From the NCBI GenBank assembly GCA_051117555.1, contig JBNPEG010000143.1:1-28936 (forward strand): DNA of 28,936 nucleotides. The letters run 5' to 3'. Made by a program: the position numbers and the translations under genes. Positions 27,205 to 28,936 of this stretch are shown here, one piece after another. Under the pieces are notes generated by a model. That model saw nothing but the letters and a program-made list of their open reading frames with translations. It made no database searches and was not told the origin of the DNA. Position 1 is the stretch's first letter. Every line of letters starts with the position of its first letter. The DNA comes from Elainellaceae cyanobacterium. Lineage in GTDB: Bacteria > Cyanobacteriota > Cyanobacteriia > CAZCXK01.

Positions 27205-27332
27205 TTAGGGACTTGCTTGAAAATAACCTGCCAGCGGATCGAGTTTCGACTGCGCTCAACTCTCGATGCGGGTAGGTTGAGCGCAGTCGAAACCGGGTTG
27301 ATGGGTACGTTAGTTGGGTGCAGATCCCTTAG
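27205..27332. mobile_element. MITE-like element, family E (GGGACTTGC / GCAGATCCC ends flanked by TTA) with a REP hairpin core
   Basis: TTA-GGGACTTGC … GCAGATCCC-TTA. Core has perfect 18-bp arms GTTTCGACTGCGCTCAAC / GTTGAGCGCAGTCGAAAC at 27243-27293. Confidence 0.75.
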
Positions 27333-27355
27333 GTGGTTCATGCCCAGCCCTATCA

Positions 27356-27552
27356 GAGGATGCTTGAAAAGGGTCTGGCAATTATAGACGCTTGCGGCTT
27401 CTCAACGAGTAAACCCGCGACTACACAAACAGAGTGCGCGTTCGCGGACTCCTGCAGGCTCCCACAAACTCCGGCAAACTCACAGGATTTGTAACCTGCG
27501 TTTCGCAAGCGACATGTAACGCATTCGCTTAGCGTTCCGAAGGAAAGCGTCT
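27356..27552. repeat. Mosaic of short hairpin or repeat remnants
   Basis: IS-end-like GAGGATGCTTGAAAAG, hairpins GAGT…ACTC and TTCC-gaa-GGAA, nested GCAGG…CCTGC stem, all bracketed by AGACGCTT / AAGCGTCT. Confidence 0.45.
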
Positions 27553-27624
27553 CTGTCAAGATAACTTTACCTATAAGTTTGAGTTAACTGTCCAAATCAG
27601 ATGCTGTACGAACATGCGAACACA

Positions 27625-28467
27625 CTAAAAATCCTGGTCAGAAATTGTGTGGATTTGCATATTCCCCCCACTAACTCGATATAGAGTTAATGTAATTGTG
27701 CTATACCTGATTCCTTCATGATCCTTAAACTCCTGGAGATCAAAGGGATCAGTACGTGCTAATGCTCCAGAATCAAGATCGCGATACCTAATGTCATAAT
27801 TTCCAGCCCTCATGTTTTCAACGGTAAACTCTTCGCGGGCACGGATAAAGAATACTTGAGCTGGTGTGGGGGAGCCAGCATCAAGTGAAAAGAGCTTAAC
27901 AAATACATCCGAATCATTCCGCGAGTTATCAACGGTCACGGATGAATAGCCATCTTGAGCTTGACGTGGATAGCCGTCAATATAGCCAGATATTTCTGGA
28001 AAAGGATAACCATTTTCTGTAACAAGGGGACGAATATAGGTCGGGGTTGATACGGGACGAAGTGACTGTTCTGAATTTGATGCGGGAGGGTTTGTAGTTG
28101 TCGTAGGTAAATTCGATGTTGAATTGGGTGACTCAAAATACGAAGCGACAGCAGCAAATCCAATCAACGATACAAAGAGGAATACAAGAAACATCCATCC
28201 ATAACGTCTTATGAAAGGAATAGGATGCTTAGAGAAGGTTTTTTCTATTTCTTTTGCCTTAAGTTCCCAACCTCTGTGGCAAACATCGCAAACGAGTAAA
28301 TATTTCTTCTCAGTAACACATGCAAAGACCCAGTAAATATGGGCATATCGATATTGGAGAAGGATTTTGAAAGGACGTACTTTCTCGCAAGTGTCACACT
28401 GAAGATGATCAATGACTTTTAAATCTACAGAATCACCGCCTGATCCCCAAACAATCCAGCTAAGCAT
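27625..28467 (-). CDS. Zinc-ribbon + transmembrane + C-terminal beta-rich domain protein
   Basis: IVWG…CDTC…YLLVCDVC zinc ribbon, TM helix (YGWMFLVFLFVSLIGFAAVA), S/T/P linker, C-domain VTVDNSRNDSDVFVKL…YDIRYRDL…TLYRVSGGNM. ATG at 28467. Confidence 0.8.
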   Translation of the reverse strand: MLSWIVWGSGGDSVDLKVIDHLQCDTCEKVRPFKILLQYRYAHIYWVFACVTEKKYLLVCDVCHRGWELKAKEIEKTFSKHPIPFIRRYGWMFLVFLFVSLIGFAAVASYFESPNSTSNLPTTTTNPPASNSEQSLRPVSTPTYIRPLVTENGYPFPEISGYIDGYPRQAQDGYSSVTVDNSRNDSDVFVKLFSLDAGSPTPAQVFFIRAREEFTVENMRAGNYDIRYRDLDSGALARTDPFDLQEFKDHEGIRYSTITLTLYRVSGGNMQIHTISDQDF

Positions 28468-28786
28468 CTTTAAAGGCTCCAAGCTTAGTTCATGTGCAAA
28501 CTCATACTCTTAAAAAAGAGTGCCCGGAAGCATTCATAAGTAAACATGGCTAGACAACATTGACAAATGACCTTATAAGACATGCCCTAACCCATAGACA
28601 AAGCAGGCTCACTCTTTCATCTGCTATATTCTTAAGTTTAGTTTTCCAGATTTTTTGGTAGACACTCCCTTTACGGACAGATCTGTTGCCCTTTAGTGAT
28701 GAAAGAAGCACAACTATCGCCAATTTCAGAACAATAACGTTTAGATATTGTGGATTAGTTTGTGTTTCTTAGGAGTGTGCCGATAT

Positions 28787-28936
28787 TTAGCTCTCGAAGC
28801 TCTCAAATTGGTCGGGCTGATAAAGCTGCGGAATAAATGCTCCCTCACGATAGACCCAGGCGATCGCGTCTGGGTCTAGCTGTTGTGACCACGCAATAAA
28901 GTCGGGCTGGCTTTTCCGACGGGCGAGGGTGCTGCG
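28787..28936 (-). CDS. 3' end of a probable conserved cyanobacterial hypothetical protein (partial)
   Basis: Open frame …RSTLARRKSQPDFIAWSQQLDPDAIAWVYREGAFIPQLYQPDQFESFES*. The WS-x3-DP-x2-IAW-x-Y motif resembles cyanobacterial hypothetical proteins. Confidence 0.65.
   Translation of the reverse strand, partial: RSTLARRKSQPDFIAWSQQLDPDAIAWVYREGAFIPQLYQPDQFESFES

Larger units (their letters stand above)
257..28867. repeat. HIP1 octamer GCGATCGC dispersed through the window
   Basis: Examples at 257, 2561, 6271, 8463, 12131, 13991, 25555, 28860. Far above chance expectation. Confidence 0.95.

Noticed and set aside
27471..27512. GGCAAAC…CGCAAGC resembling a c-di-GMP-I riboswitch
   Set aside because: No GNRA tetraloop/receptor or GACGCAAAGC junction, and no co-oriented downstream gene.

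Overview
Cyanobacterial chromosomal segment, judged by roughly 50 HIP1 GCGATCGC sites (approximate hand count) and cyanobacteria-type lrtA/hpf, cobN, cikA-like and DUF3352 genes. From left to right: a DUF4926 gene; a small stress cluster (Sll1863-like coiled coil, signal-peptide CsbD/LEA-like repeat protein, and a 52-aa YqaE/Pmp3 gene missing from the ORF track); divergent glpK/glpD; DUF3352; a J-domain plus pentapeptide protein; rhodanese; hrcA; a sulfotransferase; an alpha/beta-fold protein lacking the catalytic motifs; tag; a helical-repeat plus DUF481 beta-barrel; an orphan GvpL/F; lrtA; lipB; lexA with an upstream LexA box; cobN; a CikA-like kinase; nanE; TetR plus a peroxiredoxin-like gene; and an AT-rich zinc-ribbon membrane protein. 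Two observations stand out. First, the CikA-like kinase keeps the N-terminal domain, kinase core and Asp-less pseudo-receiver but appears to lack the GAF domain. Second, seven intergenic 85-130 bp miniature elements share one architecture: IS-like terminal inverted repeats of five types enclosing a GC-rich REP-like hairpin core. Two of these families occur twice in the window, and one copy overlaps a stop codon. I saw no CRISPR array, rRNA, tRNA or transposase. Family assignments come from motif recognition, not database searches.
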